DNA of 64,000 nucleotides, taken from Candidatus Cloacimonadales bacterium (GTDB lineage Bacteria; Cloacimonadota; Cloacimonadia; Cloacimonadales; JAFGVF01). Below are positions 20,001 through 29,357 of the stretch, piece by piece. The position numbers and the translations under genes are program-made. The stretch is taken from positions 2,816,001 through 2,880,000 of the forward strand of contig OY759729.1 of NCBI GenBank assembly GCA_963662585.1, written 5' to 3'. Every line of letters starts with the position of its first letter. Position 1 is the first letter of the stretch. The notes under the pieces were generated by a model. It was not told the origin of the DNA. It did no database searches and was given only the letters and a program-made list of their open reading frames with translations.

Positions 20001-20921
20001 CAAATGTTTCATGGTTTCCCTTATGAAGAGTATTTTGAATCAGATACATCTAAAAAGCTTACCACTATTCTGGGAGCTGAAGAGCATATCCTAAGTATAG
20101 ATGATGGGAAAAAGAGATTCATCAATGAAGTAACTGCTCTTTCTAAAGCTTTTGCTATTGCTGTTCCGCATGAACAAGCAATGGATGTAAAAGAAGAAGT
20201 ATCCTTCTTCCAAGCAGTAAAAGCAAGGTTAGCTAAGTTTTCTTCAACAAAGTATGGCAAATCAGATGAAGATATAGAAACCACTATTCGCCAAGTGATA
20301 GATAAGGCTTTAGTAACAGATCAAGTAATAGATGTATTTGATGCTGCAGGGATTAAGAAACCAAATATTTCTATTTTATCAGAAGAGTTTTTACAAGAAC
20401 TTAGAGATATGCAACATAAAAATGTGGCTATGGAAGTTCTCAAGAAACTCATTAATGAGGAGATTAAATCACGAGCCAAGAAGAATTTAGTCAATAGTAA
20501 GTCTTTTATGGAGATGTTAGAAGATACCATAAGAAGATATCAGAATAAGATAATAACAGCTGCTGAAGTAATTGATGAGCTGATTAAGCTAAGTAAAGAG
20601 ATTGTTAAGGCAGATGACCAAGCCAAGAATATGGGACTAACAGAATATGAATATGCTTTCTATACTGCTGTAGCAAATAACAAAAGTGCAAAAGAGCTAA
20701 TGCTTCAAGATAAACTTAGGGAGTTAGCAGTTGCTCTAACAGAAAGAGTTCGTAAGAATGCCTCAATAGATTGGACTATTAAAGAGAGCGTTAGAGCTAA
20801 ACTAAAAGTAATAATCAAGAGAACACTTAGACAGTATGGATATCCACCAGATATGCAAAAACTAGCGACAGAGACTGTGCTTAAACAGGCTGAGTTGATA
20901 GCTGCTGAATTGACGGAGTAG
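17010..20921 (+). CDS. hsdR: Type I R-M restriction subunit with an in-frame DUF559/REP insertion
   Basis: RPDLILFVNGLPLVVIELK, HTQGSGKS, DEAHR, FTGTP, TGFD and QAIARVNR motifs; 240-aa insert encoded by 17901-18620. Confidence 0.97.
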   Translation: MPKLTESTIESFAIELLEVLGYHYIYAPNISHDSDNPERSSYEEVLLINRLREAVRRINPDTPSEVQEEAIKELQRIGSPDLITNNEHFHRMLTEGIKVTYQRDNHPRGDLVWLIDFSNPENNDFVVANQFTVIENGINKRPDLILFVNGLPLVVIELKNPTDENTTVRSAYRQLQTYKSSIPSLFIYNGFMIASDGLEAKAGSLSAGFTRFMAWKSADGKEEASNLVSQLEVLIKGMLNKETLLDLIRHFIVFEKSKKEDVKTGITTITSVKKLAAYHQYYAVNRAVESTLRATGFNSPPEEGWHSKNDGVVNSPPAEGWQRTLTGWYYYDPRTEEPPPLSEVLLHKRRINPLLSEEQTPYIKRSFSNFRNLPYNPKLKERAKELRKSGNLPEVIFWKRVKNKKFKGLDFDRQKIIGNYIVDFYCSSHGVVIEIDGSSHNDDKYEYDKARDEYLISLGLEVIHITAKDVFQNMRLVMEMLDSHPVFEETTPSREYRATPPREENTTPSVKYTATPPQEGNTTPTREYRATPPREGNWWEESPDSYGVVGVNQQPVGDRKGGVVWHTQGSGKSLSMVFYTGKIVLALNNPTILIITDRNDLDDQLFDTFASCTQLLRQVPKQADNRQELKDLLKVASGGVIFSTIQKFQPDEGNIYETLSERENIVVIADEAHRTQYGFKPKTIDDKDSAGNVIGKKIVYGFAKYMRDALPNATYLGFTGTPIESTDVNTPAVFGNYIDVYDIAQAVEDGATVKIYYESRLAKVALTEEGKKLIAEVDAELADYNKSDQLKAKWTTLEALIGSENRIKKIAKDIISHFEQRQEVFSGKAMVVSMSRRIAAELYEEIVALKPDWHSDDLTKGSIKVVMTSASSDGPTIAKHHTTKQQRKALADRMRDPNDSLKMVIVRDMWLTGFDVPCLHTLYIDKPMKGHNLMQAIARVNRVYHDKPGGLIVDYLGIAADLKKALSFYSDAGGKGDPTILQEQAVYLMLEKLEVVSQMFHGFPYEEYFESDTSKKLTTILGAEEHILSIDDGKKRFINEVTALSKAFAIAVPHEQAMDVKEEVSFFQAVKARLAKFSSTKYGKSDEDIETTIRQVIDKALVTDQVIDVFDAAGIKKPNISILSEEFLQELRDMQHKNVAMEVLKKLINEEIKSRAKKNLVNSKSFMEMLEDTIRRYQNKIITAAEVIDELIKLSKEIVKADDQAKNMGLTEYEYAFYTAVANNKSAKELMLQDKLRELAVALTERVRKNASIDWTIKESVRAKLKVIIKRTLRQYGYPPDMQKLATETVLKQAELIAAELTE
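17901..18621 (+). mobile_element. Candidate mobile cassette: DUF559 endonuclease domain flanked by inverted REP-like arrays
   Basis: Terminal inverted repeat aattcccctcc...ggaggggaatt; two minus-strand units (17901-17997), a degenerate plus unit (~18020-18062), DUF559 coding region (~18126-18460) and three 48-bp plus units (18477-18620). Confidence 0.75.
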
Positions 20922-21002
20922 AGTGTTTGGTAAAGACTTGTTATTATTATATTAAAATAGAAGAATTTGCCGACTAAAAGTTAAAAGAAAAGAGGAGAAA
21001 TT

Positions 21003-21182
21003 ATGGTTCCAGATTTAATTAATTTAGGAAAATTATCTAAACCAGCTACTGTACTAATAGAAAAGGTATCTTCAGCAATTGGTTTCTTGTATGAGCCAAA
21101 CAGGATAAAAAGAAAAGCTAAAGCTTGCAAAATAAAGAGATTTCTTATTACCAATGCTGATGAATGGGAAGGTAAGGGTTAG
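21003..21182 (+). pseudogene. N-terminal remnant of a DUF2806-like protein
   Basis: GAGGAG RBS then MVPDLINLGKLSKPATVLIEKVSSAIGFLYEPNRIKRKAKA, after which similarity is lost and the frame stops at 59 aa. Confidence 0.55.
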
Positions 21183-21198
21183 GTAAGTTATAAAGAAT

Positions 21199-23052
21199 AT
21201 GGGAAATGTTAAAGACCTGATAATTAAGAAAAGTTTATACCTAGCTATAATATTTATATTACTTCTTGCAATTAGCATTGAGTATTTAGCATGCAATTTC
21301 CTATTAGCAGACTTTTGGTTTGTTTATCATGATAATAATGTTAATTTTCAGATTCTATTTACTTCGACAGTAACATTAATAGCTTTAAACCTATCAATGT
21401 TTGGAATTCTTACACAAGTAAAATCTGATCAAAAATTTCTGGGTGTTAGTTTTGCAGAAGCCTTTTCAAAATTATCTGTGTTTGCTAGAATGAATATTAA
21501 AAATATATCTGTTTTAGAAATCCTCCTTTTCATATCCTCATACATATTTTATAGTTATAAAATGTTTAATGCGATGACCTTTACATGTTTCGTTATGATT
21601 ATTATAGTTCTAAAAGTTATAACTACATTCTGGAATTTAGTATTCAAAAAAGAATATTTTTATGATACTTGCTACCAAATCATGGAAATTAGTCTTTGGG
21701 AAAATAAAAAAAAAGGTAGTTTCTATGACAAGTTAAGTTTGGTAAAATATAATATTGATAATGATTTTCTTGAACTTATTGAAAAAGCTGATTTTGAAGA
21801 TTTAAAACTACTAATAAGCTACTCTGATAAGTTAGCGGGTAAATTTCCTATATCTTTTCATACTAGTAAATTTGAAGTATCATTCAAATACTTCAAATCT
21901 GGTATCACAGAGATAAAGAAATTAGCTGAAAAATTATTAAATGAGTTAATGAATATTGATACTCAATACGATAAGACTGTTCTGATTATATACGATAAAA
22001 TTAGAAATACTTTTAGTAATAACAGCTATTCTACTATCAAGAAAAATGAGACTATTTTTGATTTTATTGCTTTACTTCACAGTATTTTAATCAATAACAA
22101 AAATGAGGATTATCTTATTGGTGGAGAGTCATATACTCAAAGATATTTTTCCTTGCTATATTACGATGTTTTTATTTCTATTGATAGAAACATAATCTTA
22201 TCTCAACAAGAAAAGACAGACTTATTATCTTCATTCCTGAAAACATATTGCTCTTTAGCTCATAGTGGGTTTAAATTAGGTAGTTACATGATAGATAAAA
22301 ATGATTGTATGCATTTCCCAGTTTTCGTTAATTTGGTCAATATCTCAAGACTCTTGGTGAATGCCCTAAGAAATGGAGATTACACTATAATTAAACTTTA
22401 TCAGAATGAAGTTTATGATTTTAGAACATATTTAAATATTAATAATCTTTTTGAGAAATCTAATAAACTACTATGCCTTGTTTGGTTTTTATTAATAAAA
22501 TCAAGATTATTCAAAATGCATGCTGAGGAAGCTATTTTACTTGAAAACTATAGAACAGAAAAAATCTATCTTTCCAACAATGAAGTTAGTTTATACGAAG
22601 CAAGCAAGCAGGGCATTAATGAATTACTAGATAATAGTAACCAAGATAACAAAGATTTATCGCTACAATACCTTTTTAAATTATTGATTTTATATTCTCA
22701 TGAACTACAACATAAAACAGGTCATGTCTTCTCTCAAAATTATGATATGCCAATTACTCTAGTAGTATTTGTAGCTCTTATATCTAATTCTATCGGTAAT
22801 GTAAGACCATTTGATGTTTCTTTCTTTGATCATGAAAGAATAAATTTTAAAATGTATCGGTATTTTGAGAGTTTAAGAACACTTTGTGAAAATGCTACCT
22901 CTGAAAATTATCTAGAAGAACTGAAGAGAGATAAAATTATTGGCTGTATTATTGATATGTACAAAATAGAACATATAGCTATAGATAGTTTTAAGAATAA
23001 AGTTGATGAACTTTATGAGTTTTTCAATAAGAAAATTACTAAAAATGAATAG
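21199..23052 (+). CDS. Hypothetical membrane protein (N-terminal transmembrane helices, very AT-rich)
   Basis: 617-aa ORF with about 4 hydrophobic segments in the first 150 aa; lies in the defence island. Confidence 0.6.
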   Translation: MGNVKDLIIKKSLYLAIIFILLLAISIEYLACNFLLADFWFVYHDNNVNFQILFTSTVTLIALNLSMFGILTQVKSDQKFLGVSFAEAFSKLSVFARMNIKNISVLEILLFISSYIFYSYKMFNAMTFTCFVMIIIVLKVITTFWNLVFKKEYFYDTCYQIMEISLWENKKKGSFYDKLSLVKYNIDNDFLELIEKADFEDLKLLISYSDKLAGKFPISFHTSKFEVSFKYFKSGITEIKKLAEKLLNELMNIDTQYDKTVLIIYDKIRNTFSNNSYSTIKKNETIFDFIALLHSILINNKNEDYLIGGESYTQRYFSLLYYDVFISIDRNIILSQQEKTDLLSSFLKTYCSLAHSGFKLGSYMIDKNDCMHFPVFVNLVNISRLLVNALRNGDYTIIKLYQNEVYDFRTYLNINNLFEKSNKLLCLVWFLLIKSRLFKMHAEEAILLENYRTEKIYLSNNEVSLYEASKQGINELLDNSNQDNKDLSLQYLFKLLILYSHELQHKTGHVFSQNYDMPITLVVFVALISNSIGNVRPFDVSFFDHERINFKMYRYFESLRTLCENATSENYLEELKRDKIIGCIIDMYKIEHIAIDSFKNKVDELYEFFNKKITKNE

Positions 23053-23259
23053 TATCTGGGGAAAGATAATTTTACTATCAAATATGTGCTTGAAGAACCT
23101 CTTAATAAATCAATTGAGTTTAGTAAATAAGATAATGATTAATATTTAATGAATTAGTTAATTAAATAAGTAAAAATAAAACAATTTAACTTGAAAATAT
23201 AAGGAGAACTACCATGATATTTTTTGAATATTACAGATTAGGTAAAAATAGGAGGTCTA

Positions 23260-25347
23260 ATGTCTAATAAAGAACTAAAATCTATTACTCAAATATTTGA
23301 TAACAAGATTTTCAGGATTCCAGATTATCAAAGGGGTTATGCTTGGAGAGAAACACAACTTATAGATTTCTGGGAAGATTTGCTAACATTAGATGACAAC
23401 AGAAAACATTATACAGGGGTTTTATCTATCAGAGCTGTACCTGAAAACGTATGGAAAACATGGAAAAATGAAGAGTGGTTACTAAAAGATGAAGAATATA
23501 AAGCATTCTATATAGTTGACGGACAGCAAAGACTCACAACTGTTTCAATCCTATTGCAATGTATTTTTGAAACTGCTGCTAAATATAGTAGTGAAAAAGA
23601 AGAGATATATTTTGGTTCTAAAACATTATCAAAGCTTATTGAGCAGTTCATTGTTGTTATGAAACCACCACAGGAGATTGTTAAAACCTATTTATTAGGA
23701 TATGAGTCAGATAATCCATCTTACAAGTTTTTGATTCATAGAATTTATGATGAACCTTATGGGGGAACAATTAATGAAACCTTTTACACTCTGAATCTAG
23801 AAAACGCTAAAAAGTTTTTCAGTAAACAGATCAGTAATTTGGTGGATAATCATGGAATTGAAGTTGTTAAAAAGCTATTTAATAAATTAACAAGACAATT
23901 AATGTTTAACCTATATGAATTAGATGATGATTTCGATGTATATGTAGCATTTGAAACTATGAACAATAGAGGTAAAAAGCTTTCAGACTTAGAATTACTA
24001 AAAAATAGACTTATATATTTAACAACACTTTATCCAGATAAACAAGTTTCTGATGATGTAAAGTTTAAAACGAGAAGTAACATAAATGATGCATGGAAAG
24101 AAGTCTATTACCAATTAGGACGTAACAAAAGCAAACCACTAAGCGACGACGAGTTTTTAAGAGCTCATTGGATTATGTATTTTAAGTATAGCCGCAAAAC
24201 AGGAAAGGACTATATACATTTTTTATTAGACGAATACTTCTCTCCCAAAAAGATATTTGATAAGATTGAAATACAGACAGAAAATCTGTCCATGATTGAA
24301 GAGATTTCTAGTTGTGATCAAGATGAAGATGATGCAGATATTAATGAAGAAGAAGATAATGAAAATGAAACAATTAAGTCTATGTTACAGATAAAAGACA
24401 TAAATGATTATGTTAGAAGCTTACAAGAAGCTTCCACATATTGGTATGATACAAACTTTCCTTCTTTAAGTAAAAATTTATCTTTAGATGAGAAAATTTG
24501 GATGGATAAACTAAATAGGATTGGTGTCGGATCTTATAGACCTTTGATTATGAGTTGTTTTGTTAAAACAACAATCGGAGATGAATCAAGGATTAAACTA
24601 CTCAAAGCAATTGAAAGGTTTATCTTCATAGCATTTAGAGTAGTTAGAGCTTCAACAAGTTATACTAGTAGCATATACTCAAGGGAAGCAAGAAACCTAT
24701 ATAAAGGTGAAACAACGATTGATGAAATACTGGAATCTTTTGATAGAAACTTAGACTGGGTATTTGATAATGGATTTTTAATGTATAACTCTTTTAAAGA
24801 TTTCATTAGCAAAAAATTTAAATCCAGTGGGAAAGGATTTTACGGATGGAAAGACATTTATTACTTCCTTTATGAATATGAAGAGAAGCTAAGAGAGATA
24901 AGAAATAATCCTAAAATTAGTTGGGAGAATTTTATCATAAAAGAAAGGGATAGAGTTTCAATAGAACATATATACCCTCAAAATGCTAGTAATGATTATT
25001 GGAAAGAAAAATTTGGTTCTTTTTCTGAAGACCAACGTAAAGTACTTAATGGATCCCTTGGGAATCTCTTACCTCTATCTGCGATTATTAATTCAAGTCT
25101 GCAAAACTATGATTTTCCTACAAAAAAAAATGTTGTTAAAGACTCTAATGGAGAAACGATAAGAAATGGTTATTCAAACGGATCTTTATCAGAGCTTGAA
25201 GTGTCAGCATATGATAAATGGACCGCTGATGAGATAAAAGAAAGAGGTTTAAAACTTCTTACTTTTATGGAAAAAAGATGGAACTTCAAGTTCCCTTCAG
25301 AACAGGCGAAACTTGAAATACTTCATTTAACATTCCTAGAAGAATGA
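23260..25347 (+). CDS. gmrSD: GmrSD-family type IV restriction endonuclease (DUF262 + DUF1524/HNH)
   Basis: IPDYQRGYAW, VDGQQRLTT, FETMNNRGKKLS, IEHIYPQ and LGNLLPL...N motifs. Confidence 0.9.
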   Translation: MSNKELKSITQIFDNKIFRIPDYQRGYAWRETQLIDFWEDLLTLDDNRKHYTGVLSIRAVPENVWKTWKNEEWLLKDEEYKAFYIVDGQQRLTTVSILLQCIFETAAKYSSEKEEIYFGSKTLSKLIEQFIVVMKPPQEIVKTYLLGYESDNPSYKFLIHRIYDEPYGGTINETFYTLNLENAKKFFSKQISNLVDNHGIEVVKKLFNKLTRQLMFNLYELDDDFDVYVAFETMNNRGKKLSDLELLKNRLIYLTTLYPDKQVSDDVKFKTRSNINDAWKEVYYQLGRNKSKPLSDDEFLRAHWIMYFKYSRKTGKDYIHFLLDEYFSPKKIFDKIEIQTENLSMIEEISSCDQDEDDADINEEEDNENETIKSMLQIKDINDYVRSLQEASTYWYDTNFPSLSKNLSLDEKIWMDKLNRIGVGSYRPLIMSCFVKTTIGDESRIKLLKAIERFIFIAFRVVRASTSYTSSIYSREARNLYKGETTIDEILESFDRNLDWVFDNGFLMYNSFKDFISKKFKSSGKGFYGWKDIYYFLYEYEEKLREIRNNPKISWENFIIKERDRVSIEHIYPQNASNDYWKEKFGSFSEDQRKVLNGSLGNLLPLSAIINSSLQNYDFPTKKNVVKDSNGETIRNGYSNGSLSELEVSAYDKWTADEIKERGLKLLTFMEKRWNFKFPSEQAKLEILHLTFLEE

Positions 25348-25367
25348 GTTAAATAAGTTCAAATATA

Positions 25368-25411
25368 AAAAGTTCACTTTTTCAGTACATCATTGCAAAA
25401 AGTGAACTTTT
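25368..25411. terminator. Perfect 15-bp inverted repeat between convergent genes (bidirectional terminator or recombinase site)
   Basis: aaaagttcacttttt-N14-aaaaagtgaactttt. Confidence 0.55.
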
Positions 25412-25420
25412 CCCTATAAA

Positions 25421-25864
25421 CTATAGTATCTTATCTAGATTAACATAAACATCATCTATCTGATCTTGAGTAATTCCTACATAGCGTAAAGTAACAGCCT
25501 GGGAGGAGTGGTTAAATATCCTCATTAGTAAAGATAGATCAACTCCATTCTTGAATGCATGATAACCAAAAGTCTTTCTAAGAGTGTGTGCTCCTATTCT
25601 GTTTCTAATACCAACTCGGTAAGCGTAATCATTCAAAAACTGCCATACATATTGCCTACTCCAAGCTTGATGCGTATTGACCACATTATTAGAGTCAGAG
25701 AGGAAGATATAATCCTCATATCTTAGTTGATTGCTAACCCACAATTCTAATATCACTTTTCTAACATTATCAGATAAATGAAACTGTTTAGCCTTCCTAG
25801 TTTTCTTCTCCTTGATACTAATACTTTTTTCTGGAGAGTAAGAAACTAGAAACGACAAAATCAC
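25421..25864 (-). pseudogene. Truncated tyrosine recombinase/integrase
   Basis: KEKKT, HTLRKTFGYH and FNHSS...TLRYVG present; N-terminal box with the first catalytic Arg is missing. Confidence 0.75.
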
Positions 25865-26092
25865 CCTAATCTACCTTCTCTCTCCTAAATTTTCTCTTTT
25901 ATTTTTCACTAGGAACCATTCTTAACTAAACTCTTTGAAGAATATGCTTTAGGTCTTTTTTTTAGAAGTCGGAGAAAATTTCCACCGTCCGACAGAAGAG
26001 GTCTGGTAATATTTTAAAACTATTGTGTTTATTGTATTTTCGGGGTCATATTGTAATTCTAAATTTTTAATTCTAAATTCTTAATTCTTTAG

Positions 26093-26169
26093 TGGTACCC
26101 CCGACGCGATTTGAACGCACGACCTTTTCCTTAGGAGGGAACTGCTCTATCCAACTGAGCTACGGGGGC
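26093..26169 (-). tRNA. tRNA-Arg (anticodon CCT)
   Basis: GCCCCCGTAGCTCAGTTGGATAGAGCAGTTCCCTCCTAAGGAAAAGGTCGTGCGTTCAAATCGCGTCGGGGGTACCA forms a cloverleaf with encoded CCA. Confidence 0.95.
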
Positions 26170-26346
26170 ACTGCATTCAAAAAGGTTAAAGTGGTGATTG
26201 GTGTCAAGATTTTTCTTAATTAACAGGTAATTGGAGATGGGGAAGAGGGGTTTTTCATTCATTTTTTAGAGGGCAAAAAAGTTTTAGCCCCTACTTAGGG
26301 TTAATTCGTGTAATCAGTGAATAGATTCTCTTTTCTTTCTCATAAT

Positions 26347-28599
26347 TTATTTACAGTATTCATATAGATTATATTTAGCTATTTTTCTGGCGATAGAATT
26401 AGCAGTTATTCCTAGTAATTTAGCAGCTTGGAGTTGGACACCATTAGTTTTAATCAGAGCCTCTTTGATTGTATTTCTAGTAACTTCTTCTAAGTTAAAA
26501 GTTTCTTTATTGCAGGGAGTTGTCTCATTTTGGAGGTTGAGGTAGTTATCCAAAACAATGTTTATATCTTCTTTATTGGCCAGGGAAATAGCTATTCTCT
26601 GCATAATATTTTTTAGTTCACGGATATTTCCTGGGAAGGAATACTGGAGCAATTTAGCTTCAAACTCTTGGTCAATGATAGGCATCTCTATATTAAGTTT
26701 CTGGCAATAGCTGGAGAGGAAGGATTCAGCTAAGGATGGAATATCATCACTTCTTTCTCTAAGGGCAGGAAGTTTAATCTCATAATTACAGAGACGATAG
26801 AAGAGGTCAATTCGGAATTTATTTTCTCTGGTTAATTGAAGCAAGTCTTTATTGGAGGCACTAATAATTCGGAAATCAGTTTTTACTGGAGAAGTTGAGC
26901 CTAATGGATAAAACTCTTTGTCTTCTAGAACTTTGAGAAGTTTAGTCTGGATATCTAGTGAGATTTCTGATATTTCATCTAGGAATAGAGTTCCTTTATC
27001 AACGATATTGAGGAGTCCTAATTTATCTTTATCAGCACCAGTGAAGGCCCCTTTTTTATAGCCAAAAAGCTCGCTTTCAATAAGGGTTGGACTAATTGCT
27101 GTTAAATTAAACTCGCAGAAATTCTGATTGTTTCTATTGCTTTTATAATGAATATATTGTGCTAGCAATTCTTTACCTGTGCCTGTTTCACCTGTGAGTA
27201 GAACATTACTAAAGGTAGCGTTAGCAACATTTAAGCACTCTTGTTTTATTCTTACTAATTCTGGAGAATTGCCAATAATAGTTTTTTCTATTTTTTGGGA
27301 GATGGATTCAGAAGATAGTTCTTTCTTTATTGATTCTTCTTGAGATATTTTTTCATAAGAAGCTAATAATTCATGATAATAATTCATTTCTCTTTCTTTT
27401 TTATTGAGAGATATTAGGCTTGAGATATTTCTGTATTGTCTTAAATATTCTAATATTTTTGCTCCATTATTTAGTTTTGAATAGTACTCTATTAAGAAGA
27501 AGAGATATTCCTGATAATATTCTCTTTTTTGATCAATTATCTCATTCATTTTAGAGTCAATTTCAGCAAGATTAATATCTTTAAGATTCCCTATTGATAG
27601 ATAGTGGGAATAGAGAAATAGACTTGGAATTCTTGCAATCATATCCTTATCTAGTTGGGCAAAGAATCCTGTAGCTTGCTCTTCTTTATTATTCATAACT
27701 GCTACCATAAAGCCTTCTATCAATACTCTTTGCAGAGTTTCCTTAGCTTGACTCATAGATTTTATCTCTTCTAAGATTGCTGTCGCTTCAGAATAAGACT
27801 TCAATTGACTTAGCATTCTTGCTTTGGTAAATCTTAGCTGAATTTTATCTAATGGTGAATCTTCACTCAAACAGATATCAATAAACTTTATTGCTTGCTC
27901 TAGCATTGAATTTGCAGCATAGGATATTCCCAGGGTGTGATTTGCTCTATAATAAAGTCTTTTATCTTTTTTAATTGTTTCATTAGAGATTATCTTATTC
28001 ATATAATAGATAGATTCGAAGAAGTTACCTCTGGAAAATTTGTAATATCCTAAACTTAAATAGTAGAATGCTTTAGTTTCTTCAGAATTATCCAGAGCAA
28101 TATAATTAGTAAATCTTTTATATATCTCTTCATCCTTTTCTTCTAGTCGTTTTGAAGAATAGTAAGTAAGAATCTGACAGTAAGCTAGAGCTATGCTGTT
28201 ATTAGGATTATAATTATCAATTACATAAAGAATCTTACTAATTAATTTTTCTGTTGAGCCAATGAAATAATAGACAGATTGCACCATGTAAGAGGTTAAA
28301 ATCTCTAAGACCTTATTTATATCAGAAACTATTAATCCAGCATTAATGATTGATTCCAAGAGCTCATCAGAAGGTGATTGGGTGGTTATGTTAGATTCAA
28401 TAGTTGCTGATTCTAAGAAATATACTTGAGAAACCTTAGTTGGCTTATAATTGTTGGCACAGAGCGTTAAATAGCTATTATAGATATCATAACATTTTTT
28501 AACTGTTTGATCCCGAGGAAGTGAGCTTTTATTAGTAATTACTAAATCTTCATAAAGTTCTGTAATCTTTTTATTCAAATCTTTTTTGTTAATTTCCAT
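26347..28599 (-). CDS. Sigma-54-dependent transcriptional activator (TPR-like N-terminus, AAA+, Fis HTH)
   Basis: GETGTGKE, ESELFG, GAFTGA, LFLDEI, FRIDLFYRL and PGNIREL motifs; C-terminal AAKLLGI. Confidence 0.93.
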   Translation of the reverse strand: MEINKKDLNKKITELYEDLVITNKSSLPRDQTVKKCYDIYNSYLTLCANNYKPTKVSQVYFLESATIESNITTQSPSDELLESIINAGLIVSDINKVLEILTSYMVQSVYYFIGSTEKLISKILYVIDNYNPNNSIALAYCQILTYYSSKRLEEKDEEIYKRFTNYIALDNSEETKAFYYLSLGYYKFSRGNFFESIYYMNKIISNETIKKDKRLYYRANHTLGISYAANSMLEQAIKFIDICLSEDSPLDKIQLRFTKARMLSQLKSYSEATAILEEIKSMSQAKETLQRVLIEGFMVAVMNNKEEQATGFFAQLDKDMIARIPSLFLYSHYLSIGNLKDINLAEIDSKMNEIIDQKREYYQEYLFFLIEYYSKLNNGAKILEYLRQYRNISSLISLNKKEREMNYYHELLASYEKISQEESIKKELSSESISQKIEKTIIGNSPELVRIKQECLNVANATFSNVLLTGETGTGKELLAQYIHYKSNRNNQNFCEFNLTAISPTLIESELFGYKKGAFTGADKDKLGLLNIVDKGTLFLDEISEISLDIQTKLLKVLEDKEFYPLGSTSPVKTDFRIISASNKDLLQLTRENKFRIDLFYRLCNYEIKLPALRERSDDIPSLAESFLSSYCQKLNIEMPIIDQEFEAKLLQYSFPGNIRELKNIMQRIAISLANKEDINIVLDNYLNLQNETTPCNKETFNLEEVTRNTIKEALIKTNGVQLQAAKLLGITANSIARKIAKYNLYEYCK

Positions 28600-28624
28600 T
28601 TCTTCTCCTAAGAATTATTGTCGC

Positions 28625-28912
28625 ACCCCCTGTGTCCCTTTCGTAGAAGGGGATTTAAGATGTATTGAAACACCCTGGTCCCCTCACGGAGGGGATTTAA
28701 TTTAATGGAAGCAGGGACGCTTCCATTCCATAGAGACACCACCTGTGTCCTTCTCATAGAAGGGGATTTAATTTAATGGAAGCAGGGACGCTTCCATTCC
28801 ATAGAGACACCACCTGTGTCCTTCTCATAGAAGGGGATTTAATTTAATGGAAGCAGGGACGCTTCCATTCCATAGAAAACACCCCCTGAGTCCTTCTCAT
28901 AGAAGGGGATTT
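28625..28912 (+). repeat. REP mosaic including 3 tandem 71-bp units
   Basis: Unit aatggaagc-agggac-gcttccatt...cacctgtgtccttctcatagaaggggattt with period 71, from about 28699. Confidence 0.9.
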
Positions 28913-29091
28913 ATCTTAGGTAAATTTTTAACATTAAAGTAAAGTTCGTCAAGTTAATTTATTATAAAATCCCGAAAACGGGAAAAAGTATATGTCGATA
29001 TCGGTATATAGCTATAGTGTTCTAGGGGGAAAATATTTTATCTAAATTTGTAAAGGTATATATAACAGCATGATAGGAGTTATAATGATTC

Positions 29092-29106
29092 TGGCGTCTA
29101 TTTTGC
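29092..29106 (+). promoter_or_regulatory. Sigma-54 (-24/-12) promoter
   Basis: TGGCGTCTATTTTGC with exact GG-N10-GC spacing, 13 bp upstream of ORF 29120; palindromes at ~28970-29010 are candidate enhancer sites. Confidence 0.75.
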
Positions 29107-29119
29107 TTAATAGTATTAT

Positions 29120-29332
29120 ATGAAACATGAAAAAAAAATATCTGTTAAATTAAAAAGAAGTCTCGAAGATTCCCAAAAAATCGGAAAGTTGAGTTTTAAT
29201 GGCCACCAATGGGCTATTACAATTATAACTAAAGATGATGAAATAAATAATTTTGTCTTTGATTCCGAGGAATATCGAGAAGTTATACAAATAATTAAAA
29301 ACCATGAATTCCAAAGGAGTAAAGATGAGTAA
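29120..29332 (+). CDS. Hypothetical protein
   Basis: 70-aa ORF, first gene after the sigma-54 promoter. Confidence 0.45.
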   Translation: MKHEKKISVKLKRSLEDSQKIGKLSFNGHQWAITIITKDDEINNFVFDSEEYREVIQIIKNHEFQRSKDE

Positions 29333-29357
29333 AGGAAATAAAGAATTTGGAGGAAAA

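Larger units (their letters stand above)
11850..26092. mobile_element. tRNA-Arg-integrated defence island (~14.2 kb)
   Basis: Bounded by the tRNA and its 3' fragment; contains type I R-M, Kiwa, GmrSD and an integrase remnant; tandem tgcatgaca repeats at 11905/11916 resemble integrase arm sites. Confidence 0.8.
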
